Source: Limnochordia bacterium (lineage in GTDB: Bacteria; Bacillota; Limnochordia; DTU080). Taken from it: a stretch of 64,000 nt of DNA. Each line of letters starts with the position of its first letter. Position 1 is the first letter of the stretch. Positions 33,483 to 44,703 of the stretch are shown here, piece after piece. Position numbers and translations under genes: made by a program. A model generated the notes under the pieces. That model had not been told where the DNA came from. It made no database searches and was given only the letters and a program-made list of their open reading frames with translations. The stretch spans positions 331,838 to 395,837 of the forward strand of contig JBMNJG010000011.1 of NCBI GenBank assembly GCA_050951545.1, read 5' to 3'.

Positions 33483-33749
33483 GTGCTTAGCTGTGGGAGG
33501 GAGGTTTGGTCATTGCGAGCCGTAAGGAAAAATGTGGTCATGGCCCTGTTGCTGCTCATGATCACGGTTGCCCTTAGCGCTATCCGTGTTCCGTCTGCGG
33601 TGGCCGTATACGACAATGTCAAGTTTGCCCTGAAGCACGATTTCGGACTGCCAGCTCCTCTGGGGGTGAAGAGCGGAGCTTTAGGGATCTTGTCTCAGCA
33701 GATACGCCATTGGAACGAGCGGCTACCACGCGTCGTCCCCAGACCATAG
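33483..33749 (+). CDS. Small membrane protein in the spoIVFA position
   Basis: One TM helix, GGGAGG RBS near 33496, positioned directly before an M50 peptidase; true start probably ~33513. Confidence 0.5.
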   Translation: MLSCGREVWSLRAVRKNVVMALLLLMITVALSAIRVPSAVAVYDNVKFALKHDFGLPAPLGVKSGALGILSQQIRHWNERLPRVVPRP

Positions 33750-33756
33750 GTCTGTC

Positions 33757-34653
33757 ATGTGCACCGATCGGCTTCTGGGTGTGCGCATCACGTTAAACTG
33801 GGTCTTCTTGTTGCTGCTGTTCCTGCTCGCGCTGATTGGACTTCTCCCAGAGGCTCTGATCGTCTTTGGCATTGTCGTGGCGCATGAATGTGTTCATGTC
33901 ATGGTGGCCAGAAGCTACGGACTCCGCGTCGTCGAGCTGGAGCTGTTGCCTTTCGGGGGCGTCGCCCGTATTGATGGTCTCGTCGAAGTCGATCCTTACG
34001 TGGAAAAGCGAGTGGCCATGGCTGGCCCCATCACTAATCTGCTCTTGCTGGGCCTGGGGCTCGTCGCCAAAGCCTATGCACTGTATCCGGAGCGGTGGTT
34101 GGATTTTTTCGTTCAGACAAATGCAGCGTTGGCTGTCTTCAACGCCTTGCCAGCTTTGCCTCTAGATGGGGGTCGTGTGTATCGGGCTCATCTCGTGCCT
34201 CGTCTTGGCTTCAGGAAGGCAACTGAGAGAGCGGCTCGGTTGGGAAAGTTGTTTGCTCTTGTTCTTGGCATCACAGGCCTGGCGGGAATTTACTTCGGTT
34301 ACGTTAATGTCACCCTGCCAGTACTGGCTTTCTTTCTGTTCACGGCAGCTGCACGGGAGCAGAGGAGAGCGATGTTCGTCTTGCTAAGGTATCTAGCCCG
34401 CAAGCAGGATGAGCTCCTGAGAAGTGGCTGTCTTGCTTCTGAGCAGTTGGTGGCTGCGTCTCATACGAAGGTGGCGGATGTTGTGAAGCTTTTTGTCCCC
34501 CAACGCTACCATCTCATCTGGGTCGTTGACGAGCAGGGGCGCATAGAGGGTCTCGTCACTGAGCTGGACATTATCAACACGCTATTTGAGCAGGGATCAG
34601 ATACACCTGTTCGGCTTGTGCTCGACGCCCTCAGCAAGGGGATGCAGCTGTGA
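33757..34653 (+). CDS. spoIVFB: Site-2 protease M50, SpoIVFB-like, with C-terminal CBS-like region
   Basis: AHECVH (HExxH), LLPFGG, AGP, FNALPALPLDGG; position between min genes and rplU. Confidence 0.8.
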   Translation: MCTDRLLGVRITLNWVFLLLLFLLALIGLLPEALIVFGIVVAHECVHVMVARSYGLRVVELELLPFGGVARIDGLVEVDPYVEKRVAMAGPITNLLLLGLGLVAKAYALYPERWLDFFVQTNAALAVFNALPALPLDGGRVYRAHLVPRLGFRKATERAARLGKLFALVLGITGLAGIYFGYVNVTLPVLAFFLFTAAAREQRRAMFVLLRYLARKQDELLRSGCLASEQLVAASHTKVADVVKLFVPQRYHLIWVVDEQGRIEGLVTELDIINTLFEQGSDTPVRLVLDALSKGMQL

Positions 34654-34688
34654 TACGGGGTCAGCAGTGGGAAGCGACACCTGATGCG

Positions 34689-34717
34689 TTGACACCTCCA
34701 CGACCCTGTGGTAAATT
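34689..34717 (+). promoter_or_regulatory. Sigma-A promoter upstream of rng
   Basis: TTGACA-17 nt-TAAATT with TG extension. Confidence 0.75.
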
Positions 34718-34912
34718 AAGTCTATACAAGTGTTCTGCTTTTCTGTGTTTTCTCCATACAGTCATCATGGCGAAGGCGGTCGAGGAGGCTCCTGCGTATG
34801 CGGCTGGCGGAGCCTTAGGATCTTCTTCGCTTCTTTTTATGCCTCAAGGGCGTTGATGAGGTGCACAGATAGGGAAGCCTAGGGGGCGCAAGAGATTGGG
34901 AGTGACCATTTT

Positions 34913-36622
34913 ATGAGGAAGGAGATCGTTGTCAATGTCAGTTTGGGTGAAACACGTGCTGCTGTGCTGGAGGATGAGCGTCTCGTAGAGCTCTATGTAG
35001 AGCGTGACAGCTCCGAGCGCATTGTCGGCAACATCTATAAGGGAAGAGTGGAGAATGTTCTGCCCGGCATGCAGGCAGCGTTTGTGGACATTGGCTTGGA
35101 GCGCAATGCATTCTTGTATGTCGATGACGCTACCGCCTATCGCAATGTCGAGCGTGATATTGATGAGCCTTTGGAGAAGCCTCGCTTTCGCACAATCAAG
35201 GATCTGCTAAGGCCCGGTCAACAGGTAATGGTGCAGGTCACCAAAGAGCCCATGGGCACCAAAGGCGCTAGGGTCGTGACCCATGCGAGCATTCCGGGCC
35301 GCTATCTGGTTTTTATGCCTACGGTGGACTACATTGGCATCTCGCGACGCATTGTCGACGAACAGGAGCGTGCTCGCCTCAAAGCCCTGGCAAAGAAAGT
35401 TCGCCCGAAGGATATGGGTCTGATTGTGCGAACCGTCGCCGAAGGAAAAGACGAGCAGGAGCTGGCTGACGACTGTCGCTTTTTGGAGGGTGTCTGGTCT
35501 ACGGTACAGCAGAAGGCCAAGAAGGTCTCATCACCAGCGCTGCTATACAAAGACTACGACCTTATTCACCGCTTGGTACGGGACCTGTTTGGCTCCGACG
35601 TCGACAAGTTCGTGATTGACGACAAGGCAGAGTATCTCAGAACCCTCGAGTTGCTGGCCACGATCTCGCCTCACTTGAAGTCGCGGGTGTTCCTGTACCA
35701 TGGTAGCATGCCTCTGTTTGAGTCCTATGGCGCAGAATCCCAGATTGAGCCTGCGCTGCAGCGTAAGGTATGGCTGGAGTCTGGAGGTTACCTAGTCATC
35801 GATGGGACAGAGGCCCTGACGAGCATCGATGTGAATACGGGCCGGTATGTGGGTACGACGAACTTGGCCGATACCGTGTTACGCACTAATCTGGAGGCGG
35901 CCAGTGAGATAGCCCGTCAGTTGCGGCTGCGTGACATCGGTGGGATCATCATCCTGGATTTCATCGACATGGACACCAAAGAAGACGAACGCCGTGTTCT
36001 TGAGCGCCTTGAAGCGGAGATACGGCGTGACAAGACGAAGACGCATGTCTTGGGCTTTACCAACCTGGGCCTTGTGGAAATGACACGCAAGAAAGTCAGA
36101 CAGGACATTGGGGACTTCTTGCATCGCGATTGCCCGTACTGCGAAGGTACCGGGCGCGTGCTCTCAGAGTCCACCGTGGCTCTGCGGGCTCAGCGAGAGA
36201 TTCTGCGTGTATGTCGTACCAACTCTGCTGAGGCCTTCTTGATTGAGGTCCACCCTTCTGTTGCTGGGTTACTGATTGGGGCTGGTGGGGCGAATCTGCG
36301 TCAGTTAGAGGAGACATCTGGGAAAACACTCTACGTGCGGGGACGTCAAGAGCTGCACCTCGAGGAGATTCTCTTTGCTGCGATGGGCAGCAGAGAGGAT
36401 GTAGGCGCCTTGGCCCTTCCAGTTAGGAAGGGGCAGGTTCTGGAAGTGACTGTGGACGAACCTCACGTAAGCAACCCACGTGACGGCATTGGCCGCCTGG
36501 AGGGGTACGTGATCGACATAGATGGTGCCGGGAATCAGGTCGGACAGCGCTTGAAGGTCGAAGTGACGAAGGTCTATCGCACATACGCGAAAGGGCGGGT
36601 GGTGGCCGGACAGTCGCTCTAG
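34913..36622 (+). CDS. rng: Ribonuclease E/G family with C-terminal TRAM domain
   Basis: GNIYKGRV..LPGMQAAFVDIG, KGAR, IDVNTG, RQLRLRDIGGIIILDFIDM, CPYC; TRAM tail. Confidence 0.93.
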   Translation: MRKEIVVNVSLGETRAAVLEDERLVELYVERDSSERIVGNIYKGRVENVLPGMQAAFVDIGLERNAFLYVDDATAYRNVERDIDEPLEKPRFRTIKDLLRPGQQVMVQVTKEPMGTKGARVVTHASIPGRYLVFMPTVDYIGISRRIVDEQERARLKALAKKVRPKDMGLIVRTVAEGKDEQELADDCRFLEGVWSTVQQKAKKVSSPALLYKDYDLIHRLVRDLFGSDVDKFVIDDKAEYLRTLELLATISPHLKSRVFLYHGSMPLFESYGAESQIEPALQRKVWLESGGYLVIDGTEALTSIDVNTGRYVGTTNLADTVLRTNLEAASEIARQLRLRDIGGIIILDFIDMDTKEDERRVLERLEAEIRRDKTKTHVLGFTNLGLVEMTRKKVRQDIGDFLHRDCPYCEGTGRVLSESTVALRAQREILRVCRTNSAEAFLIEVHPSVAGLLIGAGGANLRQLEETSGKTLYVRGRQELHLEEILFAAMGSREDVGALALPVRKGQVLEVTVDEPHVSNPRDGIGRLEGYVIDIDGAGNQVGQRLKVEVTKVYRTYAKGRVVAGQSL

Positions 36623-36630
36623 GTATGTGT

Positions 36631-36659
36631 TTGACAGGCTCTATGGCCCGTGTTATTAT
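36631..36659 (+). promoter_or_regulatory. Sigma-A promoter of rplU
   Basis: TTGACA-17 nt-TATTAT. Confidence 0.8.
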
Positions 36660-36684
36660 CCTAGACGTAAGTGCCAGGCGGGTA

Positions 36685-36756
36685 AGGTGTCTGGCGCCGA
36701 AGCCGCACGGGAACGGTTCAGTAAAAGGCTACGTGCCTGCCCTTTCCGGCGAGCCT
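36685..36756 (+). promoter_or_regulatory. Probable L21 ribosomal protein leader
   Basis: Leader of rplU containing CCGCA...GGCGAG elements resembling the Firmicutes L21 leader; not model-checked. Confidence 0.5.
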
Positions 36757-36773
36757 AAGCGGGAGGTGCCGCA

Positions 36774-37085
36774 GTGTACGCGATTGTCGAAACTGGCGGT
36801 AAGCAGCTAAAAGTGGCTGTCGGCGACATCGTAAATGTGGAGAAGTTGGACTGTGCGTCGGATGAGGAGGTCACGTTAGATCGTGTGCTTCTTGTATCCG
36901 ATGATGGCCATCTACAGACGGGCAAGCCGTATGTGGAGGGAGCCAAGGTTGTCGCCAAGGTGGTCGGTCAGATAAAGGGCCCCAAGATTGTTGGCTTCAA
37001 GTATAAATCTAAGAAGAACCAGAGAAAGCGCTGGGGCCACAGGCAGCCATACACACGTTTGCATATTGAGCGCATTGAGGCGTAG
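36774..37085 (+). CDS. rplU: 50S ribosomal protein L21
   Basis: [18 protein letters not shown]. Confidence 0.98.
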   Translation: MYAIVETGGKQLKVAVGDIVNVEKLDCASDEEVTLDRVLLVSDDGHLQTGKPYVEGAKVVAKVVGQIKGPKIVGFKYKSKKNQRKRWGHRQPYTRLHIERIEA

Positions 37086-37121
37086 CGGATAGAGCTATAG
37101 GCTCTGAGGGAGGCGAATAAC

Positions 37122-37388
37122 GTGGCGAAGAAGAAGGGTGTAGGCAGCTCTCGCAACGGTCGCGATAGCAATGCCAAAATGCTAGGAGTTAAGGCACCTG
37201 ATGGTAAGCTCGTCAGTGCCGGCAGCATCTTGGTACGGCAGCGAGGGACAAGCATCAACCCGGGCATCAACGTAGGACTCGGAAAAGACGACACCTTGTT
37301 TGCCAAGACTGATGGTACGGTCTCTTTTGAACGAGTCGGCAAGAAGAGCAAAAGAGTCAGCGTCTACCCGCTGCAGGCCATCCGCTAG
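37122..37388 (+). CDS. rpmA: 50S ribosomal protein L27 (short form)
   Basis: [31 protein letters not shown]. Confidence 0.98.
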   Translation: MAKKKGVGSSRNGRDSNAKMLGVKAPDGKLVSAGSILVRQRGTSINPGINVGLGKDDTLFAKTDGTVSFERVGKKSKRVSVYPLQAIR

Positions 37389-37414
37389 CTTTCATGACTC
37401 CTAAGAGGTGTATC

Positions 37415-38824
<1,410 letters not shown>

Positions 38825-38893
38825 GCTATGGCGGTTGCAGGGAACTTGGGGAGCCGCAACGAATGACTAGCCAGGAATGGGGCGGCGCAGACT

Positions 38894-39184
38894 GTGCTAA
38901 CCGGCAAACAGAGGGCCTTTCTACGAGGCCTAGGTAATCAAGCTCCTGTAGTGCTACAGGTAGGCAAGGGGAGTCTGAGCGACACTCTCGTCAAACAGGC
39001 GGAGGACGCGATAGAGGCGCGTGAACTGATCAAAGTCCGTGTCCTAAAGACATGCCCAGAGACGCCTGAAGAGATCGCCAATCAAGTGGCTGAGGCTCTT
39101 GGAGCAGAACTGGTACAGTCAGTTGGGCACAACTTTCTTCTTTATCGACGCTCATGCGAGCCGAGCATCGAGTTACCGTCTTAG
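38894..39184 (+). CDS. yhbY: RNA-binding CRM protein YhbY
   Basis: LTGKQRAFLR, QVGK, ELIKVRVL, VQSVG. Confidence 0.93.
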   Translation: MLTGKQRAFLRGLGNQAPVVLQVGKGSLSDTLVKQAEDAIEARELIKVRVLKTCPETPEEIANQVAEALGAELVQSVGHNFLLYRRSCEPSIELPS

Positions 39185-39301
39185 CGTTTGCGCAAGAGGG
39201 CATCTGCACGGCTCGATGTCTCGCGCGGCAAGGGGAAGAGCGCGCTCATTATGTAGACGCGGGCAGCGTAGAACGGAGTTTGGGGAGGGAGTTTATGTCT
39301 C

Positions 39302-40495
39302 ATGGCGACGCATAGCGACTGCCTCCGTGATGCCAAGCGGATTGTAGTGAAACTTGGAACAAGCACCATTGCTCACCCAAACGGCGAGCTGGATATGCAC
39401 CGCCTGGAGAAACTCGTGGGCCAGATGGCTGAGGCCGCTAGGGATGGCCGGGAGGTTATTGTAGTCACTTCTGGAGCTATTGGGGTAGGCATGAGCCGAC
39501 TCGGTTTGCTGGAACGTCCTAAGACGATTCCAGAGAAACAGGCTGTGGCAGCTGTTGGCCAGGGATTGCTGATGGAAAGCTACGAAAGGCTGTTTCGTGA
39601 GTATGCTCAGGTTGTGGCGCAAGTCCTTCTCACCCGGGAGGACGTAACGGAGCGGGTGCGCCATCTCAACGCCCGTCATACTCTGACACAGCTTCTCAGT
39701 TTCGGTGTTATCCCTATCGTCAATGAAAACGATACGGTCGCGGTCGATGAGATCAAGTTTGGTGAGAATGATACTCTCTCCAGCCTTGTCGCTGCCTTAG
39801 TCGGGGCGGATTTGCTGATACTGCTCTCTGATGTCGATGGTTTACATTCCGCCGATCCTCATCGGGTACCCGATGCACGGCGCATTCCGGTAATAGCCGA
39901 GATCACTCCCGAAATCCAGGAATTGGGGGGAGGCCCAGGCTCCCCGCTAGGTAGTGGCGGTATGGCCACCAAGATCCAGGCGGCGCGCATAGCCACCCTT
40001 TCGGGCGTGGCGATGGTCGTAGCCAATGGTGCCCACGAGGATGTTATTCGTCGCATTTTGGATGGTGGCGACGTTGGTACGCTTTTTCTTCCATCGAGTC
40101 AAAGCCTGGGTAGTAGGAAGCGATGGATCGCTTTCTACCAACAGGCTCAGGGCGATCTCATCATCGATGCTGGGGCAGCGAAGGCTCTAATAGAAGACGG
40201 TAAGAGTCTCTTGCCAATCGGGATTGTGGGCATCAGAGGCTTCTTTGAAGAGGGCGATTTGGTCAGGATGGTTGACTCTGAGGGTAGAGAGGTGGCTCGA
40301 GGCCTGACAAACTACGCTTCGGGCGATGTGGAGCGTGTCAAAGGTCTGCCAACCAGCCGCATAGCCACGATCTTGGGTGAGAAGTATTACGATGAAGTAG
40401 TCCATCGTGATAACCTGGTTATCTCGGGAGGGAAACGGATTCCTCCTGGGTCGAATGGGGACCAGTGGTCCCTGTGTTCCGGAGGTGCCTGTTGA
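39302..40495 (+). CDS. proB: Glutamate 5-kinase with PUA domain
   Basis: VVKLGTS, SGAI, AAVGQ, NENDTV, GSGGMATK, RKRWI, VVHRDNL. Confidence 0.96.
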   Translation: MATHSDCLRDAKRIVVKLGTSTIAHPNGELDMHRLEKLVGQMAEAARDGREVIVVTSGAIGVGMSRLGLLERPKTIPEKQAVAAVGQGLLMESYERLFREYAQVVAQVLLTREDVTERVRHLNARHTLTQLLSFGVIPIVNENDTVAVDEIKFGENDTLSSLVAALVGADLLILLSDVDGLHSADPHRVPDARRIPVIAEITPEIQELGGGPGSPLGSGGMATKIQAARIATLSGVAMVVANGAHEDVIRRILDGGDVGTLFLPSSQSLGSRKRWIAFYQQAQGDLIIDAGAAKALIEDGKSLLPIGIVGIRGFFEEGDLVRMVDSEGREVARGLTNYASGDVERVKGLPTSRIATILGEKYYDEVVHRDNLVISGGKRIPPGSNGDQWSLCSGGAC

Positions 40496-40508
40496 GGAGA
40501 GGTGAGCA

Positions 40509-41780
40509 TTGGTGGCTCTTGACGATCAATCACTAGGCGAGGTGCGAGCGAAGGCTGAACTGGCTAAGAAAGCAAGCAGAGCGGTCGCTCGCCTCTCAGC
40601 CAAGAAGCGAAATGATATTCTGATGGCTCAAGCGGATGCTCTGCTGACCGCGCAGGAGCAGATCTTGGCGGCCAATGCCCGCGACGTTGCCCGGGCTAAG
40701 GAAAAAGGGGCTACGGCAGCCTTTATCGACCGCCTCACGCTCTCGGAGCAGCGCGTACATGATATGGCTGCAGGTCTTGCTCAGGTGGCCGACCTTCCTG
40801 ATCCCCTGGGGGTAGCCTTGCGCAAGTGGAGGCTGCCGAATGGCCTTGATATTGCTCAGGTGCGTGTGCCGCTGGGCGTCGTCGCGGTGATCTACGAAGG
40901 TCGCCCTAATGTGACAGTTGATGTCGCTGGCCTGTGCATCAAGTCAGGTAACGCTACGGTGCTCAGAGGCAGTTCGGATGCGATTGAATCGAATAAGGCC
41001 CTGGTTGAGGCTCTGACTCATGCTGGAGAGGCCGCTGGGAGTCCACGTGGTGCCATTCAGCTTATCCACTCAGTGTCTCGCGAATCGGCACGTGAGCTGA
41101 TGCGGATGACGGGTCTAGTCGATGTGCTTATACCGCGAGGGGGTGCTGGGCTTATTCGGGCTGCGGTAGAACACGCGACCGTGCCCGTGATCGAGACCGG
41201 AATCGGCAACTGCCATGTCTATGTTGACGCTACTGCGGATCTCGCCCAAGCTACGGAGATAGCCCTCAATGCGAAACTACAGCGCCCTGGGGTATGCAAT
41301 GCCATGGAGACTCTGCTAGTACATGCTGCCGCAGCGGAGAAGCTTCTACCTTCACTATGTGCAGCCATGCGGGACGCAGGGGTGGAGTTGAGGGGCTGTG
41401 CCACGACACGAGCCCTGGTAGACGGTGCCATTGAGGCGACGGAAGAGGACTGGGCGAGCGAGTACTTGGATCTCATTCTGGCTGTGCGCGTGGTGGATAG
41501 TCTGGATGAGGCCATTGATCACATTGAGCGGTATGGTTCGCACCATTCCGATGCGATCGTCACTCAGAACTACAACTCAGCGCGCCGTTTCGCTGATGAG
41601 GTGGATTCGGCAGCTGTTTACGTGAATGCCTCTACGCGCTTTACGGATGGTTTTGAGTGGGGATTTGGAGCTGAAATTGGCATAAGCACGCAGAAACTGC
41701 ATGCTCGGGGGCCCATGGGCTTGCCCGAACTGACCACAGGAAAGTACGTTGTGCTTGGCGACGGACAGGTCAGAGGGTAG
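40509..41780 (+). CDS. proA: Gamma-glutamyl phosphate reductase
   Basis: RVPLGV, YEGRPNVT, IPRGG, CNAMETLL, NASTRFTDG, STQKLHARGPMGL. Confidence 0.97.
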   Translation: MVALDDQSLGEVRAKAELAKKASRAVARLSAKKRNDILMAQADALLTAQEQILAANARDVARAKEKGATAAFIDRLTLSEQRVHDMAAGLAQVADLPDPLGVALRKWRLPNGLDIAQVRVPLGVVAVIYEGRPNVTVDVAGLCIKSGNATVLRGSSDAIESNKALVEALTHAGEAAGSPRGAIQLIHSVSRESARELMRMTGLVDVLIPRGGAGLIRAAVEHATVPVIETGIGNCHVYVDATADLAQATEIALNAKLQRPGVCNAMETLLVHAAAAEKLLPSLCAAMRDAGVELRGCATTRALVDGAIEATEEDWASEYLDLILAVRVVDSLDEAIDHIERYGSHHSDAIVTQNYNSARRFADEVDSAAVYVNASTRFTDGFEWGFGAEIGISTQKLHARGPMGLPELTTGKYVVLGDGQVRG

Positions 41781-41796
41781 AGTCCGGGGGTCGGGG

Positions 41797-42438
41797 ATGT
41801 TGAACTGTATGGACAGGCAGCGGGTCGGCGTTCTGGGGGGTACGTTTGACCCTATTCACTATGGTCACCTCGCAGCAGCGGAAGAGGCGCGCGAAGTCTT
41901 GGAGTTGGCAAAGGTCATCTTTGTACCAAGTGGGCAGCCCCCTCACAAACGCTCTCACGAAATGGCGGGCGGTGAGCACCGCTGGAAAATGACGGTACTG
42001 GCTACCGAGGATAACCCGGCTTTTGCGGTCTCCAGGGTTGAGCTCGATCGTCCGGGTACCAGCTATACGGTGGATACGCTGCGCCTCCTTCAGGAACAGA
42101 TGCCAGATAGTGAGTTGTATTTCGTCACAGGAGCTGATATGTTTCTGGATCTCCCCGCATGGAAAGAACCCGAGGAGATCCTGCGGTCATACCATTTTGT
42201 GGCGGTCACTCGCCCCGGCTGGAATCTGGAGCGCCTGGACGGTCGTCTGAGCCTTTTGGTTGAGCGCTATCGCTCGCAAGTGCACGTACTGAGGGTTCCG
42301 GGTGTTGCCGTCTCGTCCACTGAGATCCGGCAGCGCCTGCAAGTTGGGCGCTCGGTACGGTACTTGGTGGCGGACCGTGTTGTGCAGTATATCCAACAGG
42401 AGGGGCTATACCGTGGCCGCGCCACCATAAGCGGGTGA
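41797..42438 (+). CDS. nadD: Nicotinate-nucleotide adenylyltransferase
   Basis: GGTFDPIHYGH, PPHK, SYTVDT, GAD, SSTEIR. Confidence 0.96.
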   Translation: MLNCMDRQRVGVLGGTFDPIHYGHLAAAEEAREVLELAKVIFVPSGQPPHKRSHEMAGGEHRWKMTVLATEDNPAFAVSRVELDRPGTSYTVDTLRLLQEQMPDSELYFVTGADMFLDLPAWKEPEEILRSYHFVAVTRPGWNLERLDGRLSLLVERYRSQVHVLRVPGVAVSSTEIRQRLQVGRSVRYLVADRVVQYIQQEGLYRGRATISG

Positions 42439-42444
42439 CATGCT

Positions 42445-43035
42445 GTGCTTCATGACGAGATATCCTTGCAACGCTGGGTGCAAGCCCGATTGTCTCCCGC
42501 ACGGTACGCGCATACCGTGCGGGTAGCTGCAACTGCATGCGGGTTGGCGAGTGTCTTTGGAGCAGAACTGAGAAAGACGCAAGCCGCTGCGTGGCTGCAT
42601 GATTGTGCCAGGGATATGCCCAAACAAGCCCAGTTGAGGCAGGCAGGGGCCTTTGGTATAGTTATTGCTGATGTGGAACGTCACAACCCTGCGTTGTTGC
42701 ATGCTCCGCTCGGAGCGGAGCTGGCTCGACGAGAGTGTGGTGTGCATTGTGAATCGGTCCTAGATGCGATTCGCTACCATACCACGGGCCGAGCGGGCAT
42801 GTCGCTCTTGGAGAAAGTGGTCTTTATCGCTGATTATATTGAGCCCGAGCGTAGGTTTCGTGGCGCAGACCGCGTACGGGAGGTCGCTTTGCTTGACCTA
42901 GATACTGCCGTGCTCTTGGCGCTAGACCAGACAATAGCTCATGTGTTGGAGCGAGCCCAGTTGCTGCACCCGAACACGCTTGAGGCTCGTAATGACCTTA
43001 TTCTGCAGCGCATCAAGAGGGAAGGCCGTGAATGA
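42445..43035 (+). CDS. yqeK: HD-domain symmetrical Ap4A hydrolase YqeK
   Basis: RYAHTVRV, LHDCAR, LLHAPLG, IRYHTTG, ADYIEP; follows nadD. Confidence 0.92.
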   Translation: MLHDEISLQRWVQARLSPARYAHTVRVAATACGLASVFGAELRKTQAAAWLHDCARDMPKQAQLRQAGAFGIVIADVERHNPALLHAPLGAELARRECGVHCESVLDAIRYHTTGRAGMSLLEKVVFIADYIEPERRFRGADRVREVALLDLDTAVLLALDQTIAHVLERAQLLHPNTLEARNDLILQRIKREGRE

Positions 43036-44357
43036 TGCTACCCCCTGAACAGCTTGAAGAGGAGCACCAGCGGTTGGCCGCCGCAAGGGCGGGGAGGGCG
43101 GTGCGACGCCACCGCATCTTGGTCTTTGTTGTGGTCGTTTTGGCGGCGATTTCGCTTGGTGTCGGTGTGGCGTATGTGCAGATTCGCCAGGGTCTCAAGC
43201 ACAATGAGGAGTTTCTCGACAGTCTGATCCACTTGGTGCCCGAGCGACGACGTGTCAACGTGCTTCTTGTCGGTGCCGATACGCGTGAAGAGGATACTGG
43301 GCGCAGCGACACGTTGATGCTGGTTAGTTTTGATCCTCTTTCGGGATCTGTTGGGGTCATGTCTATCCCTCGCGATACTCGGGTCCATATTCCAGGGCGG
43401 CGCGGATACGACAAGGTGAACGCCGCTTTCGCCATCGGAGGGGCGGAGCTAGCGAAACAGACGGTGGCTGAAGCACTGGATGTGCGGATAGACTATTTTG
43501 TGGTTTTGGATTTTGCTACATTTGAGAAGATCGTGGACACTCTTGGTGGTGTCATGGTCGATGTTCCAAAGCGCATGTACTATGTGGATAGGGCCCAGGG
43601 GCTGATTATCGACCTGCGCCCGGGGTTGCAGCGTCTAGACGGACGCCGGGCCTTGGGGTATGTTCGTTTTCGGCATGATGCGATGGGCGACATTTCGCTG
43701 GTAGACGCAGCTAGTGGTCAGTGCGATGGTCGTGTGGAGCGACAGCTGCAGTTTGTACGAGCTTTGGCTCGACAAGCTATGAGACCGATGTCCCTGTTCC
43801 GCATTCCACAGCTGCTTCGCCACGCGTTCACAGCCATTGACACTGATATCCCCGTGGGCCGGATGGTCTCTCTGACTCTGGCGGCGCGACGTGTGAGAGC
43901 CAACTCGTTTCACACGTACATTCTTCCGGGGGTTGGTCAAACGCTGCGAGGTGTCAGCTACTGGGTACCGGATATGGAGAAGGCGCAACAAGCGGTAGAT
44001 GAGATGGTTTCTGCCGGGGAGATGCGTCCAGTGCGCATTGCAGTGCTCAATGGTTCAGGTGTGGGTGGTGCGGCGGGTGAAGCCGCGGAGAAGCTACGTC
44101 AAGAGGGTTATGATGTTGTTTTTGTCGGAAATGCAGAGCGTTTCGACCACGAACGAACACATGTGGTGGCACTCTCCGGTGATGTGACAGCGGCAGGAGT
44201 TGTGGCCAAGGCTTTGGGTGTCAAGACAGCGAAGAAGCGCAACGATACGCGTGTGAGCGATGCAGACGTTGCAGTTGTCGTCGGTCGCGACAGTGCATCG
44301 GTTTTCGCTGAAAGCGAGCACGAAAAAGGGGGTAGGCACACTGAAATCCGCAGGTGA
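43032..44357 (+). CDS. LCP (LytR-CpsA-Psr) family protein with LytR_C domain
   Basis: GRSDTLML, SIPRDT, KVNAA, YVRFRHD, RVERQ; C-terminal VLNGSG..A..LR..G..GNA..VVVGRD. Confidence 0.9.
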   Translation: MMLPPEQLEEEHQRLAAARAGRAVRRHRILVFVVVVLAAISLGVGVAYVQIRQGLKHNEEFLDSLIHLVPERRRVNVLLVGADTREEDTGRSDTLMLVSFDPLSGSVGVMSIPRDTRVHIPGRRGYDKVNAAFAIGGAELAKQTVAEALDVRIDYFVVLDFATFEKIVDTLGGVMVDVPKRMYYVDRAQGLIIDLRPGLQRLDGRRALGYVRFRHDAMGDISLVDAASGQCDGRVERQLQFVRALARQAMRPMSLFRIPQLLRHAFTAIDTDIPVGRMVSLTLAARRVRANSFHTYILPGVGQTLRGVSYWVPDMEKAQQAVDEMVSAGEMRPVRIAVLNGSGVGGAAGEAAEKLRQEGYDVVFVGNAERFDHERTHVVALSGDVTAAGVVAKALGVKTAKKRNDTRVSDADVAVVVGRDSASVFAESEHEKGGRHTEIRR

Positions 44358-44703
44358 GCGTCTTGCCGAGAGGATAGCTACGGTCGCCGATGAGAGCCAG
44401 GCCAAGGATGTGCTGATCTTAGATCTTCGCGGCTTGACGGCAATAACTGATTATTTCGTGATTGCTAGTGCTGAGACTACTGTGCAGGTACGAGCTGTGA
44501 CTCAAGCGGTTGTCAATAACCTAGCGCAGGAGGACATAAGGTATATCCGTCGCGAGGGTTGGGATGACACGGGGTGGGTGTTGCTGGACTATGGTAGCGT
44601 AGTGGTTCACATCTTTCTGGATGAGCAAAGAGAGTATTACGAGCTGGAGCGACTATGGGGCGATGCTCCACAGCGGAGCACTGGAGAGCTGATGACGGAG
44701 TGA
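44341..44703 (+). CDS. rsfS: Ribosome silencing factor RsfS
   Basis: LDLRG..DYFVIAS..QV, WVLLDYGSVVVHIF..REYYELERLW; start uncertain (CTG 44341, ORF open from 44260). Confidence 0.93.
   Translation: MKSAGERLAERIATVADESQAKDVLILDLRGLTAITDYFVIASAETTVQVRAVTQAVVNNLAQEDIRYIRREGWDDTGWVLLDYGSVVVHIFLDEQREYYELERLWGDAPQRSTGELMTE

Noticed and set aside
39185-39301. T-box leader upstream of proB
   Set aside because: Gap is too short and has no GGTGG-ACC T-box or terminator
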